This document shows positions 23,165 to 35,452 of a stretch of 64,000 bases of DNA, in pieces. The stretch's first letter is position 1. Each line of letters starts with the position of its first letter. The DNA is taken from assembly GCA_964270895.1 (NCBI GenBank), contig OZ185440.1; one strand, 5' to 3'. The position numbers and the translations under genes were made by a program. The notes beneath the pieces are model-generated. The model searched no databases. It saw only the letters and a list, made by a program, of their open reading frames with translations, and was not told the origin of the DNA. Source of the stretch: Podarcis filfolensis. Its lineage: Eukaryota.

Positions 23165-25691
23165 TCTTCTCATAGAGACATTTAGAATTCCCCAGTGAAA
23201 AGGCTTGGTAACTTCAAATGCATCAGATGCTTCTTATTGGCTGATTGTTATTAAATACTTTCTCACAACATCTTTGGGATAATTTGTTCCAGTTTCTGCA
23301 GTTTAACTATGTAACCTTCTTTGTCATCTTAATTTTTCCTTTCCCAAAATGGTCTCTTGTCTTGTAGAAAAGGAATTCAACCTTAAAACTCGCCCAGCTT
23401 TAGTCTAGTTCTCATTAACCTGCCCCTGGGCTGCATTATTGAGGTGATGGTGGATTAGGAATACATAACTTTATTTCCCTTAATAGAAATATATATGTCT
23501 TTAAATAGAAACCTAAGGTAGCATTTGCATGGACATGTATCTGTGGATGGAGGCAGAGGTAGACTTGCAAGCCCTGCCCTCAATGTCTCCATGTGTGTCA
23601 TCCCACTTATCTCTCATATGTTGAGTGGAGAAGGTCTGCAGGGGGCTTTTACAGACATTTGCTTGAAGGTGTGTAGAACTTTCCATGAGATCAAGGACCC
23701 TGCTTTCAGCAACGCCCCCTTCTCCGAGGGTTGTAAAAAGGTGAAAGGGGGGCATTAAAAGGTGAGAAAAGATTAATTTAATTAGAATAATCCTACCTTC
23801 AACCTGTTACAAGCTTCCATTTGGAGTCGCAGAAAAATAATATTCAAAATTTAGCCTTTGACAGGCAAAAGCCTTCAGGTGAGCTATGAAATAAATTGTC
23901 TAAGTTCATCCCTGCACAACACAAATGCAAATATTCTCTTTGATATTTTTAACATCCCAAGAGCTCAGAAGAAGCACATTACCACCTTAAATCTACCATG
24001 CATAGGAGCTGATTATGCCACACACTTTTAAAGTGTTGCAGCCTATTGACATGTGGGCCAACAAACGTAATAAAAATCAAATCCATATTCTAATTATTAC
24101 ACTAGAAAAGACATTACATTAATCAGAGGCTAATAGAGTGATGCTTTCATGCATGTCGTTTTGAATTGGCATCTTGTTGACATGAACTAATTAGTCATCG
24201 TCCCAGTTCACCTGCACTAATATGCTACTTTACCAAGTGTAACATCAGTGGCGTAATTGGAAGTGGCACATTTTGTAATCAGTATTGTAAGTGTGTATTA
24301 ATTGTTGGAGAAGGAATTGGCTTAGCCCTTAGTTTGTGCTGTTCTAAAAAAATAAAAAAAAAAATTAATGCCTGGTTAATAATTTCACATAGGAATATTC
24401 TGCAATATGCAAAGAAAACAGGGGAAGGAATTTGACTCCATTTCAAATCAGAGCAAGCATTTGGATTTCGCAAAAAATAGCTATTGCTATTAAACTACAT
24501 TCTATTAAACTAAGTTCCCGAAACATACAGAAGTTGGCCGTTGCTTTCAGGAAGTGGTCCTGTGAAACCTGCTATACAGTTTGTGATTTCATTTTTAACT
24601 AATTCTGGTGCATTATCAAGCCAGGCTGCAATATGCCTTTTTAATGGGTTGTTATGCTTGGTGCACACTGATGACATCATCAGCATAAGCCAGGGCCCAG
24701 CAAAACAAATAAGTGTCCAAAATAGTAACCGGATGATTAAAAAAGTAAACTGGTGAATTGGAGTGATTACCAAACCACAATCAATAGTGCAACCATCCAT
24801 ACCGGACATGAAATTGCAAACATGAATTGTCTGATAGCAGAATACAAAAGGTTGAAGTTTTGGTTTAGCAGAGCTGGAGCATTTTGTCACTGGACAAAAT
24901 TTTGTTGCTGACGGATCTTCTATCCTCTGTTTTCACCTTGTTTTCTCATGTGTCTGTAATGCGTGTAATAATTCACATGTAGGGTTGATAGGGCGCTGCA
25001 GGTCTTTAAAGATTATGCCATTCTGCTTTGATTCAAGTCCCTTTTTTGATTTAAAGGCTCTTTGGGGGTATATAGTAGTGTTTAGTTCCCCATTCTGAAA
25101 TGCTTTCCCCTAAAATATTGGTCAGCTGAAATAATGGATGGTTTAATTTCTTTCTCATAAGATGGAATGGGCAACTCTTCTTGCTTCACAGGTGTTGAGT
25201 AAGTGTGCATGTCAGTCCATGATGGAATGACACCACTGAGCAATTCTCTTTCCCTGAAGGTGAATTCTTTTGACTTGAACTGTCCATTGCAAACCTAATC
25301 CACATTCCTTGATACTTCAGAAACATTCACACTATGGGAAGTTTAAAATAAAAATTCTCTTCCTAGCCTGATCTTGACAAATTTTTGCTAATCTCACAGA
25401 AATACCATGAATTGGCAGGAAAACCCCTCAGACATTCTACCGAGAAAGAAACTTGAATATTTGATTCAATCTGGTGGCAAACTAGCAGTGGCAATGCACC
25501 AAATCCACTTGGAGAAATTTTGCTAGTCTTATTGAAGGGTCTCTTGAAAACTTGACTTCGCTTAAAAATTCCTCAGGTGTTTCAGCTTGCCAGGAATGCC
25601 ATTTTTTTATTTAAAAAAAATGCCATAAGAGAAGAGAAAATTTTGGGCAAATCCAGTAGGCCAGTACACAGCTATGTGAAAAAGCAGCAAC

Positions 25692-25790
25692 ACAGAATCA
25701 TAGACTAGTAGAATTGGAAGGAACACTATGGTCATCTATAGCTGCCTGCAATGCTGGAATCCCAGCTAAAGAATCTTTGACAGATGGCCA
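25692..25790 (-). mobile_element. CR1 3' terminal fragment
   Basis: cagaatcatagactagtagaattggaagg is the reverse complement of the CR1 terminal repeat region. Confidence 0.55.
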
Positions 25791-27229
25791 TCCTGTGATT
25801 ACCAGTCGTTCCACATAAAGCACAGCTACATTGCAGAAACGGCTATTTTCTAGTGCTGTCTGGTTCACACCAGGGCTGTGCAACAGATTTGGCCAAAGCC
25901 TGAACGGAATCAGAGCTGTCCAGAGCAATCGGGGATTGTCAGGGAATGATGTGTAGGACAGGAAGGAGAAGCAAAATAGGGGTTGCCAAGGTGAGGGGTG
26001 TGAGGTGACAGGATAAAGTATCCTTTTACAGGAGGCTTGGGGTTTGGGGGAGAGGTGTGTTAGGAAGAAGGGGAATAAAGGGAGTCCCCTGGGAGCTGCT
26101 GGGCAGGCCAGAACTCCATGCAGTGGTTGGAGATCAGACCCATCTTGGCTGCTGGCTGAAGGAGGCTGCACTAAGATACTGGAAGCCAGGAGTGACTGCT
26201 GCTTTGTACCCTAGCTTGCTGAAGGTCTGAGAGGGGCAATGAGAGACAACTCTTGGGATATAATGCTCTGCACCTCTTCCACTGCAGACTTCCAAGTGTA
26301 AATATGTATTAAGAAACCATATTTCTTAAAGACACTAGCCTCCGTTCTGCCTCGATCTTCCCAACAGAAACACAACCCTGGGTGAGTGCCTGGGAATCTC
26401 GCCCCAATTGTGGGATTGCATGTAACAACTATCTAAATTTGATTTGCCATTTTACATTCTAATGCAAAATGAGACGTTTCAGTACTCATGCTGGAATTCC
26501 TTTAATCATATCTTGGAGAAAATCTGCAAATAAAATTAAATGTGTGGCCTTAATGAACTGTGATGTTTATTTATAAAACTGTCAAACTTGCATGTTCTTT
26601 CGATTTTAACTGGCTTGAAAAGAAGAAGAAGAAGCTCTCCTCATAGATTTTAGGTGTGTGATTTGCTATTCATGAAATCGTGCAATACGAAAACCGAGCG
26701 TTTACATAGCACTCAAAATACCTCGCTTGCTCATCCTCATAATCTTAGCAAACTTGTAAAGTTGGCCCGTATTATTATTATCTTCACATGGATGAGGCTC
26801 TGAGGCTGAAAGGAGCTTACCTAAGCCGGAAGTAAGATTTAAAATGAGGGTTTGCTGTCAGTGTTATTCTCTTAACCATGCTGGCGTTTAATCATTCTAG
26901 CACTTCTGAAATGCTAGCAGCTCCCAACACTGGTAAGACAGGGATAAGGAACCTTTGCAACGTTTGGGGATGGGGGTTTCCTACCTCTGCTGTAATAAAT
27001 TGGTCTTCCTTTTATGTATGTTGCAGGAACAGCTGGCAAGGAAGTGCCACAAAGCTTCCCTCCTAATAGCAGTTTCACTCACTGCTGCTGACCTGAATGG
27101 TGTGGGGTCAGCCAGGGTGAAGGTGAGGTCATGTGTACCCACGCAGCCCAGACCTCACTGCTGCCTGCCCTGACCCCACATTGCTCTGCTAAGCAGCAGC
27201 CGCACCAAAGCTGGGAGGATAGCTATGTA

Positions 27230-27443
27230 TAGTGGTACCTCGGGTTACATACACTTCAGGTTACATACACTTCAGGTTGCAGACTCCGCTAACCCAGAAA
27301 TAGTGCTTCAGGTTAAGAACTTTGCTTCAGGATGAGAACAGAAATCGTGCTCCGGCAGCACAGTGGCAGCAGGAGGCCCCATTAGCTTCAGGTTAAGAAC
27401 AGACCTCTGGAACGAATTCAGTACTTAACCTGAGGTACCACTC
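27230..27443 (+). mobile_element. Tc1/mariner (Tigger-like) MITE
   Basis: TIRs (c/t)agtggtacctcgggtta / taacctgaggtaccact(c/g), flanked by TA at 27228-27229 and 27444-27445. Confidence 0.88.
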
Positions 27444-27758
27444 TACTACCACCTTACCACATGGGCCATTCCTGGTGTGCCACTTCCTTCAAGTATTTTG
27501 TACCTGCACGACAAAATCAAGATTAAAAATCAGCCAAACAGCAGCACCAACATAATCTGATCCATTTTCCCTGCCAACCCACAAAAGCACAAGGTGATAC
27601 CCCGTGTTAGCATTGCTCAGAGCAGACCCACTGAAATGAATGTATTGCAATAACAAGTCCACTGATTTGAAGAGATCTCCACTGAGATTAATTGAATATC
27701 AAGCCTACTTTTTTGTTTTTTGCAAGTTTTGCTAAATGCCTATAAAATCAATTTTATG

Positions 27759-29141
27759 AAGAAAGATCTAGAGATATGGTCAAACCTGAAGCTTTCCTTG
27801 TTGGGAAGAATTGCGGCTATAAAGATGAATGTATTGCCAAGGATGTTATTTTTGTTTCAATCTTTGCAAATTGTGGACAAGATGGACTGTTTCAAGAAGT
27901 GGCAGAAGGATATTTCTAGATTTGTCTGGCAGGGCAAGAAGCCTAGAATAAAATTTAAAATACTAACCGATGTAAGAGAAAGAGGTGGTTTCGCCCTGCC
28001 AGACCTGAAACTCTATTATGAATCGGCCGCATTTTGCTGGCTGAAAGAATGGCTGCTTCTTGAAAACACAGACATTTTGGATTTAGAAGGTTTTAATAAC
28101 GTTTTTGGGTGGCATGCATATCTGTGGTACGACAAGGTCAAAGCTCATAAAGCATTTAAAAACCATATTGTCAGGAAAGCATTGTTTAACGTCTGGTTAA
28201 GATATAAAGACTTATTGGAGAACAAAACTCCAAGGTGGTTGTCACCAATGGAGGCAAAGGCACTTAAAAAGTCCAATATGGAGGCCAAATGGCCGAAATA
28301 TTGGGAAATATTGGAACAAGAAGGAGATAAATTGAAATTGCAGAGTTTTGAGAAATTAAAAGATAAGGTGCGAGATTGGCTGCACTATTTTCAAATAAGA
28401 GAAGCCTATAACATGGATAAAAAAATAGGTTTCCAGGTGGAAAAATCAAAATTGGAAACTGAGTTGTTAGAACCCAAAACTAAAATACTTTCAAGAATGT
28501 ATAACTTGCTGCTAAAATGGAATACGCAGGATGAAACAGTTAAATCTGCTATGATTAAATGGGCACAAGATGTTGGTCATAACATCATGTTTGCTGACTG
28601 GGAACGGTTGTGGACCACAGGTATGAAATTTACGGCATGTAATGCCCTAAGAGAGAATATTATGAAAATGATATATAGGTGGTACATGACACCAGTCAAG
28701 CTTGCAAAAATCTACCATTTGCCTGACAATAAATATTGGAAGTGTAAAGAAAGTGAAGGAACATTCTTTCACCTTTGGTGGACATGCCCAAAGATTAAGG
28801 CTTTCTGGGAGATGATATATAACGAAATGAAAAAAATTTTTAGATATACATTCCTTAAGAAGCCAGAGGCCTTTCTCTTGGGCATGGTGGGCCAATTGGT
28901 GCCAAAGAAAGATAGAAATTTCTTTATGTACGCAACAACAGCAGCAAGAATTCTCATCGCAAATTATTGGAAGACACAAGAGCTACCCACCCTGGAAGAA
29001 TGGCAGATGAAGCTGATAGACTATATGGAATTGGCGGAAATGACTGACAGAATCCGAGACCTGGGAGAAGAGTTGGTGGAAGAAGACTGGAAGAAATTTA
29101 AAGACTATCTTCAGAAATACTATAAAATTAATGAGTGTTAA
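27759..29141 (+). CDS. L1 ORF2 C-terminal portion (post-RT region with Cys/His zinc-binding motif); truncated
   Basis: WSNLKLSLLGRIAAIKMNVLPRMLFLFQ...GGFALPDLKLYY...WKCKESEGTFFHLWWTCPKIKAFW. The first 13 codons of the listed ORF are flank/TSD, not element. Confidence 0.85.
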   Translation, partial: KKDLEIWSNLKLSLLGRIAAIKMNVLPRMLFLFQSLQIVDKMDCFKKWQKDISRFVWQGKKPRIKFKILTDVRERGGFALPDLKLYYESAAFCWLKEWLLLENTDILDLEGFNNVFGWHAYLWYDKVKAHKAFKNHIVRKALFNVWLRYKDLLENKTPRWLSPMEAKALKKSNMEAKWPKYWEILEQEGDKLKLQSFEKLKDKVRDWLHYFQIREAYNMDKKIGFQVEKSKLETELLEPKTKILSRMYNLLLKWNTQDETVKSAMIKWAQDVGHNIMFADWERLWTTGMKFTACNALRENIMKMIYRWYMTPVKLAKIYHLPDNKYWKCKESEGTFFHLWWTCPKIKAFWEMIYNEMKKIFRYTFLKKPEAFLLGMVGQLVPKKDRNFFMYATTAARILIANYWKTQELPTLEEWQMKLIDYMELAEMTDRIRDLGEELVEEDWKKFKDYLQKYYKINEC

Positions 29142-29545
29142 AATTGTGCTTGGATGGGTAATAAGTGGTAATTAGTGATAAAAGTTATTAAGATTATGCA
29201 AAAAAGGTATTGATAATTGGTTGAAAAATATGGATATAGTATATGTTATGGCACAAAGTTTAAACATTTGATAAAGGGTAAGAATTTGCTGAATTAAATA
29301 TTTGAATGGGAATACAAAAAGGGGAAGGTGCGAGGAGGTCAAGAACATAAGCATATGAAATTGAGGTTATTGGAAAAATGGAATGGTTTTATTTTTTCTT
29401 TGTTTAAATTTAATTTTTCTTAATTAGTTGTGTTTTTCTTTCTGTATTTTTTTTCTTTTGTGTGTTTCTTATGGTTTTTTATTCTGTGAATCTCTACTTT
29501 TCTTTTTTGTAAAACTTTAATAAAAATTTTATAAAAAAAATAAAA
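27760..29545 (+). mobile_element. Young 5'-truncated L1-clade LINE
   Basis: Uninterrupted ORF2 3' half, U-rich 3' UTR, AATAAA and A-rich tail; 17-bp TSD taaaatcaattttatga at 27743-27759 and 29546-29562. Confidence 0.95.
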
Positions 29546-29637
29546 TAAAATCAATTTTATGACTTCTCCATATGAGTAGTATACTCGCCAGGAACTATGT
29601 GGCATGCATTACACACCAGACCTATAGAAGTAGTAAG

Positions 29638-29726
29638 TCAAGTCATCAGCATGTATTGCGTTTCAGAAAGAAAGAAAAATCCACTATCTTCTTCTTTGAC
29701 CTTCAAATATTTGAGGTCAGAGGGAA
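29638..29726 (-). CDS. Candidate terminal coding exon of an unidentified gene
   Basis: Acceptor ttttcttttcttttcttag; phase-1 frame (I)PSDLKYLKVKEEDSGFFFLSETQYMLMT*; joins in frame to the 30483-30589 candidate. Confidence 0.3.
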
Positions 29727-30482
29727 CTAAGAAAAGAAAAGAAAAGTCATTTATTTGTGAATCATGCTGAAGACTCACAGTGCTCATTATAGTTTGGCAA
29801 CATCGCATTGTGATTTTTTTTGCAAGCATAACCTGTTTCTTATTCTGCACTCTAGAGAAAACAATCACTTTTATTTAGTACGTGCATTAGTGTATGTTTG
29901 AATCTTCAGTATGTTAGTTCAGAAGGATCTGTATCTTTGGAATAGCTATAATATTTCAAAGTATCGGGGGCAGGGGGAAGGTGCCCTGGTGGGGGTCCTA
30001 AAATCTCAATAAAGGGCATTAGAATCAATGTGTAAATAAATCTAAATACCCTTGTGGCAAGGACCTTCTTTTTCTTTTCTTTTAAAGTACATGTATTTAC
30101 TTATTAACGGTATTTATGTCACCTGATAGCACACACTTGTATCCAATGCAGCACTATGTGAACATTCTGTCTGCACAAGCATTTCTGCAAAGGAACATTA
30201 TTCCCCATATATCCCCCCTGCACTCCCTAAAATTGTCCTAGGGGTTGCCCCAACTCTCAGGAGCAGATTTGGGGAGGGTGCAGGAAGGATGGGAGTCCAG
30301 TTGCACAAGTGGAAATCCTTGTACTGATAGGATGTGTTAGTCTTCCAGGTGGCTCACAACAACAAAAATTAAAATACAACTCTAAGCCATAATGACAAGA
30401 ATATAACACAGCGTTTAACAGAATTCCAGCAGCAGAGTATCAGCATGGACTATATTCATTATTTTACTTATTTAAAACTCAC

Positions 30483-30589
30483 TTTTTTTGTAACAAGTCA
30501 CAGTCAAACAAGTTCCATCAGTATCACCAGTTACGCCAAAACGCTGTTGTTCTTCAAAATCATCATCTTTAGGAGTGAGCAAAATCTCA
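30483..30589 (-). CDS. Candidate 107-nt internal coding exon of an unidentified gene
   Basis: Acceptor acattttttttctcag, donor gtgagt; open frame EILLTPKDDDFEEQQRFGVTGDTDGTCLTVTCYKK (phase 2 to phase 1). Confidence 0.4.
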
Positions 30590-33500
30590 CTGAGAAAAAA
30601 AATGTTTATCGACATTCTTTAGGCTTCCTCCAAAATTCCTCAGATGTTTTGCTGGAGGATAAATCTACACATTTGCTTCAAATTTGTCCTTACATGAAAT
30701 ACGCTGACAATCTAATGCTGTGCAGAACATCTCGGAGAAATGTCACTAGTTAGATCAGGATTCTGGTTTCACGGAGTTCCAGAACTGAGAGAAGCCTCCC
30801 TGAAAAGAGATTAATGTGTGAATGGCCTTCAAGCCTCAGACCATTACACTAATGCATGGACAGTGGGGGCAAGCCTGGGGGAGCAGCGTGCTATGGTCAC
30901 AGGGTCAAAAGCATAGCCTTGCAGTTTCCCTACTTCTTGCTTTCCCTACACCCATGAATAACATGGGAAGTGAGCTAGTCACCATATGGCAAGGACTCAC
31001 CATGTGAATGTGGATGAAAGTCATAAGGATGTTTTTGGTTTCTGCAGAACATCTTTTGAACGCTACTCTTTTCTTTGCATCTTTTCATCCAGTTTCAATA
31101 CATTTTAATGTGTGGATTTGCTTCTATTACTCCTAACTTAATATACCTGGATAGTAACATGCATGGATATATTTGACCTTTTGAGATAGTGTCTGACACT
31201 CTGGTTCTATAAAAGTAAGGTAGGGGGCGGGGAGAACCAAGAACCATCTTTATAATGCCAAGAGGCTAGGGTTTTAAAGAACTCAGATAGGCCTCTACAG
31301 TCTTGAAAATCTGCACGAAAGCTAACAGGCCACAAACGTTGTTGGTAGTCCACCTGATTTCACATATCTGTGTTAACCATTAAGTCCATTGTCTGGTCAC
31401 TTGGTGGTAATTCTTCCCCAGCCTAGGCATCCCAAGCAAGAAGTATTTACAAGAGTAGGCTATACATTATATTTACTTTTTGATTTGATTTGATTTGAAC
31501 ATCCTGGAGTGGTTTAACAATGAAAATACCACCAAAAACGAAAACACATAAAGACATTTTCAGATCTAATACAGAAACGAACCGGGAAAGCTATCAACTC
31601 AACAGCCTTCTTGAAAAAGGAAGGTCTTCAGCAAACATCAAAAAAGGCAACAGAGCTGGCAGCTGTCTAACATTTAAGGAGAGGGAAATGGAAAGAGTAG
31701 GTGCCACAGCACCATAGGCCCAATTCCTAGGCTGTGTGCAATGGACCTCCAGGCCTTCACGTGCAGAACACAGTGATCAACTGGGAATATAAGGAGTGTG
31801 GTGATCTTTCAGGTATCCTGAACCCAAGTTATATAGGACTTTTGTACACCAGTACCAGCATGTTAGGGCTACAAGTTAGTTACCCAAACTATACTCAATG
31901 CATGCAAAGGAGAAGAGCTACAGACTTAAGTAGCTCTCCCTGTAGCCTCTTACTCTAAAGGAAGCACTTCAAAGGGAAACTACTTGGCATGCAGCTGAAG
32001 TATGCAAAACGTAAATATTTGTTTAATTTTTTGTTTTGCTTTTACATATAAGCAAGGTCCTCTGCTCTTGACATCAAAAGTCCTCTCTTATCTTGTGTGC
32101 CCGTTTTCTCTCCTGCCCTCCCCATCTCCTCCTCAACACTGAAATGTCACTGAGCATGAAACAGAAAAGCTGGTGTCTTTCCGGGGTTCCTATTAAATTG
32201 GATATGATAGAATATTAGATTTATGTTTATCTTGTAAATTGCAATTATAGTTTTGGCAGCAGGAGCCAGGATGGAGAGAAAAAAACAACTTCTTCCTTTC
32301 CCCTTGTTTTGTCCTGGCTCCTTCCTTCCTCTGCCAACAATCACAATTCTCTCTTCAAAGGGGGAACATGCAGTGAAGCAGACCGCCTGACTTTTCAGTG
32401 TGCATTTTGTGCTGTGTAGGCTGAATCCTGTTCTGCTATTTGACTTGAGGTCCTTTGTCCTAAGGCAACTGACATTGTCTCTGTGAAATGTCCTGAAATG
32501 GCTTCTCTCCACTGCACTGCCACTGCTTTCATCAAATATGAAACCCAGTCTGAGTTTAAAATGGTATTTATTTTGTATGTGTTACAACAAAGGCCTCCTC
32601 ACTGCTTTGGGGCCTCCCACCACACTGGAGTGTAGAAGGTGGGCACTCAACGTAAAGATCCTCCTGGAAGATGGTTCTGTGTCCTGGAGGCTGGTCCATT
32701 GTAGCAAAATGGAGCACTGCCTCAGTCCATTCCACCTGGGTGCCTTCTTACTTAAAATCAGCCCAGCTTGGTTGCAATGTTGCGCTTACAGTTGCAATGT
32801 TGCACTTACAGAATTCACCAGGGAGAAGGATGGGGAGGAAAACAATAATTAGTTTGCTCTGCCTGTCATTGGCTCTGGCTCCCCCTACTGCTGGCCTCCC
32901 TGCCGTTATGGCATGGCCGTTGTTTTCATGGTTTGCGGGCTGCCTGGAATGACGTTGGGTGCCCACAACTACAGGGTGTATTTCAGTGACCCTCCATAGA
33001 CTGTTATACTCCAGCTCCCATCAATCCTAGCAAGCATGGCCGGGGGGCAGGGAGTTGTAGTTCAGCAACGTTTGCAGGACTACAAGTTACCCACCCCTGA
33101 AATAGACTCTCATCTGACCTAGCAATTCTCTTCTTGTGTTCTTACTTAGATTGCCCCTTTCAAAACCATTCCAGATATTGAATTTAGGCAGGAAGCCCAA
33201 AGGGAGTTCTGTGGCAGACCCCACTCTACCTATGCATCCATTGCAGTGATACGCTTCTTCTGTTTTCTGCTCCCCTTATCATCTAAGATCAGTCTGTAGC
33301 AGCAGGCTTCTGAACAGCTACAGGCACATGGCACACACAATTCCTTTTGGCATTGCTAGAGAAATAATACACAGTGACATTTCCGTGACCAAATCTAACC
33401 ATGAGACAATATCAAGAGGTCTGGCAAGCCCTGTAATCCCTATATGCTGACCTATGTCGAACTGTAAAATAGTGATAATATGGCTAGCCTATGTATAAAA

Positions 33501-33661
33501 TGTTTGGAATGCCTCCAATGGAAAGTTCCTGAGCTAAGCATCGTTAACATTTTTCACAGATGTCTTGTTCCTTCATGTTGTTCTTTGGGGAATTGGTACA
33601 TTGACTAAAATAGGTGATTTACTGATCCTTGACAATCATTCCCTCAGGTCTCACTTTTCAG

Positions 33662-33706
33662 AGGAGGAAACCTCAGACAACAGTACGACAGCATCCCAAG
33701 GAGAAT
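33662..33706 (+). other. Candidate 45-nt symmetric micro-exon
   Basis: Branch-like ctgat/ttgac, acceptor cttttcag, donor gtaagt; phase-1 reading EEETSDNSTTASQGE. Confidence 0.3.
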
Positions 33707-33777
33707 GTAAGTATTTGGGTCATATTCCTGGCAACATTGCCTTTACATCTGATCTCAGTTTGTGTCTGATGTTTATA

Positions 33778-33779
<2 letters not shown>

Positions 33780-33827
<48 letters not shown>
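33780..33827. repeat. (TA)n microsatellite followed by (GA)n
   Basis: Seen directly. Confidence 0.95.
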
Positions 33828-33831
<4 letters not shown>

Positions 33832-35192
33832 CAGAGAAAGAGAGAGAATGAGAGAGAGAGAACGAGAACGGATATTGTAATAGGATGCTTGGAGGGAAAT
33901 TAGAATTTCAAAATTACAATGTTTACATAATTTGACATAATTATGTAATTTATTGTGGGATGAGCTATACAGGGGCATATTTCACAAAAATGTCCACAGC
34001 CCAACTTCAAAACTTCAGCAATTTGGGGATGAAGGCGGGGAGGTTAGTAGTGTGGGAAAGTGTTTTATTGATTCAGAGTGAAGTCAGGGAACAATGTCCA
34101 CACTGTAATCTAGCTTTGTGACCTTATTACACAGTCAAAACTGATTGGCTATGACAACATCATAACATCATCACACTCACCACATGATCTTCAATCAGCT
34201 GGTATCACAATTAATCCCCGAGACAGGAAACTTTTCTCCAATGGTGTCTGTTGGGGAATGAACAGGCAGTGTACAATTGTAAATAAAAGGGAGGAGTAGA
34301 CAATTCACGCACAGTACTCTGAAAATGTTCTCATTTGACTATTTGGTGCAGCTCCCTATGCCAATGCTTCTTTGACCACTATCCAAACATTTAGCATCTG
34401 AAAGATTAATGTGTAGTTCTATACACTATTTATTTTTGTTCTAATTTGAAATGAGTCTGTATGATATTGTGACGTAGAACTAAGTTTATCGTAGTTTTAC
34501 TTCATCGTAGTAAAAGTGTCATAGCCTTTCATGAATTTCCTACGTACATTTCACCTGGGCAGGGGCCTCTAGAATTTCCCTTTCGGCAACTCAGACTGTA
34601 CGAAACCCGTCTGTGATATTTTCCTAATCTTGTAGTATTAAGTAACTGTCTATAGAACGTTATTCAAGGGTCATGGCCAGGTCTGTGTAGCATGCTGTGA
34701 TCCCACAAAAGCACAGGAAAAAAAGAGGTTGTATAAAGGTAATGCTCAAAATATCTTAACAAGGTTTAAAACATGCATGTTAGGGTTTGCCTGGTGCAAA
34801 AGAGAACTGGGCTCCTGTCTTTAATAGCCTTGCAGAAGAGAGGCACGAAGAGTGGTTTCTGCTCTAAAACAAAAATCCAAGGTATTCTGTCATAATACAA
34901 TGGGGTGTGGGTGGGTGGGTGTAAGCCCTGTGGGTTAGAGTGCTTTTCCTTGCTTTGTCAAAAATTGCGAAGACAGAGCCCATTGTATTCTAGCGCGGAA
35001 CCTGTCCTGTGACCCTCTGGATAGTGTGGGACTCCCATCTGCCCCAGACAGCCCGGCCAATGTTCAAGGAGGATGGCAGCTGTGTCCAGGAACATCTGGA
35101 AGGTCTCAGGCTTCAATCCTTGTTGAAGGGGGTGGGAAAGAGAGGTTGATGTCAGGGCCCTGAGACTGAGAGCTTGTCCAAACTTCCGCTTG

Positions 35193-35452
35193 AGAGCCAG
35201 TGTGGTGGAGTGGTTAAGAGCGGTAGCCTCGAAATCTGGGGAACCAGGTTCACGTCTCCGCTCCTCCACATGCAGCTGCTGGGTGACCTTGGGCCAGTCA
35301 CACTTCTCTGAAGTCTCTCAGCCCCACACACCTCACAGAGTGTTTGTTGTGGGGGAGGAAGGGAAAGGAGAATGTTAGCCGCTTTGAGACTCCTTAAAGG
35401 GAGTGAAAGGCGGGATATCAAATCCAAACTCTTCTTCTTGTTGTTGTTGTTG
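35193..35452 (+). mobile_element. tRNA-derived SINE (Squam3-like)
   Basis: A box tggtggagtggttaagagc, B-box-like ggttcacgtctcc, ctgggtgaccttgggc core, (CTT)/(GTT)n tail. Confidence 0.8.

Noticed and set aside
24510-24890. 126-aa minus ORF with LDNAP, plus an overlapping 71-aa plus ORF
   Set aside because: LDNAP resembles pogo/Tigger DDE motifs but the rest does not fit; no convincing donor. May be conserved non-coding sequence.
27720-27758. N-terminus MQVLLNAYKINFM of the 473-aa ORF as a new fusion gene start
   Set aside because: The start codon is TTG and the segment is flank plus TSD that happens to be in frame; no promoter evidence.
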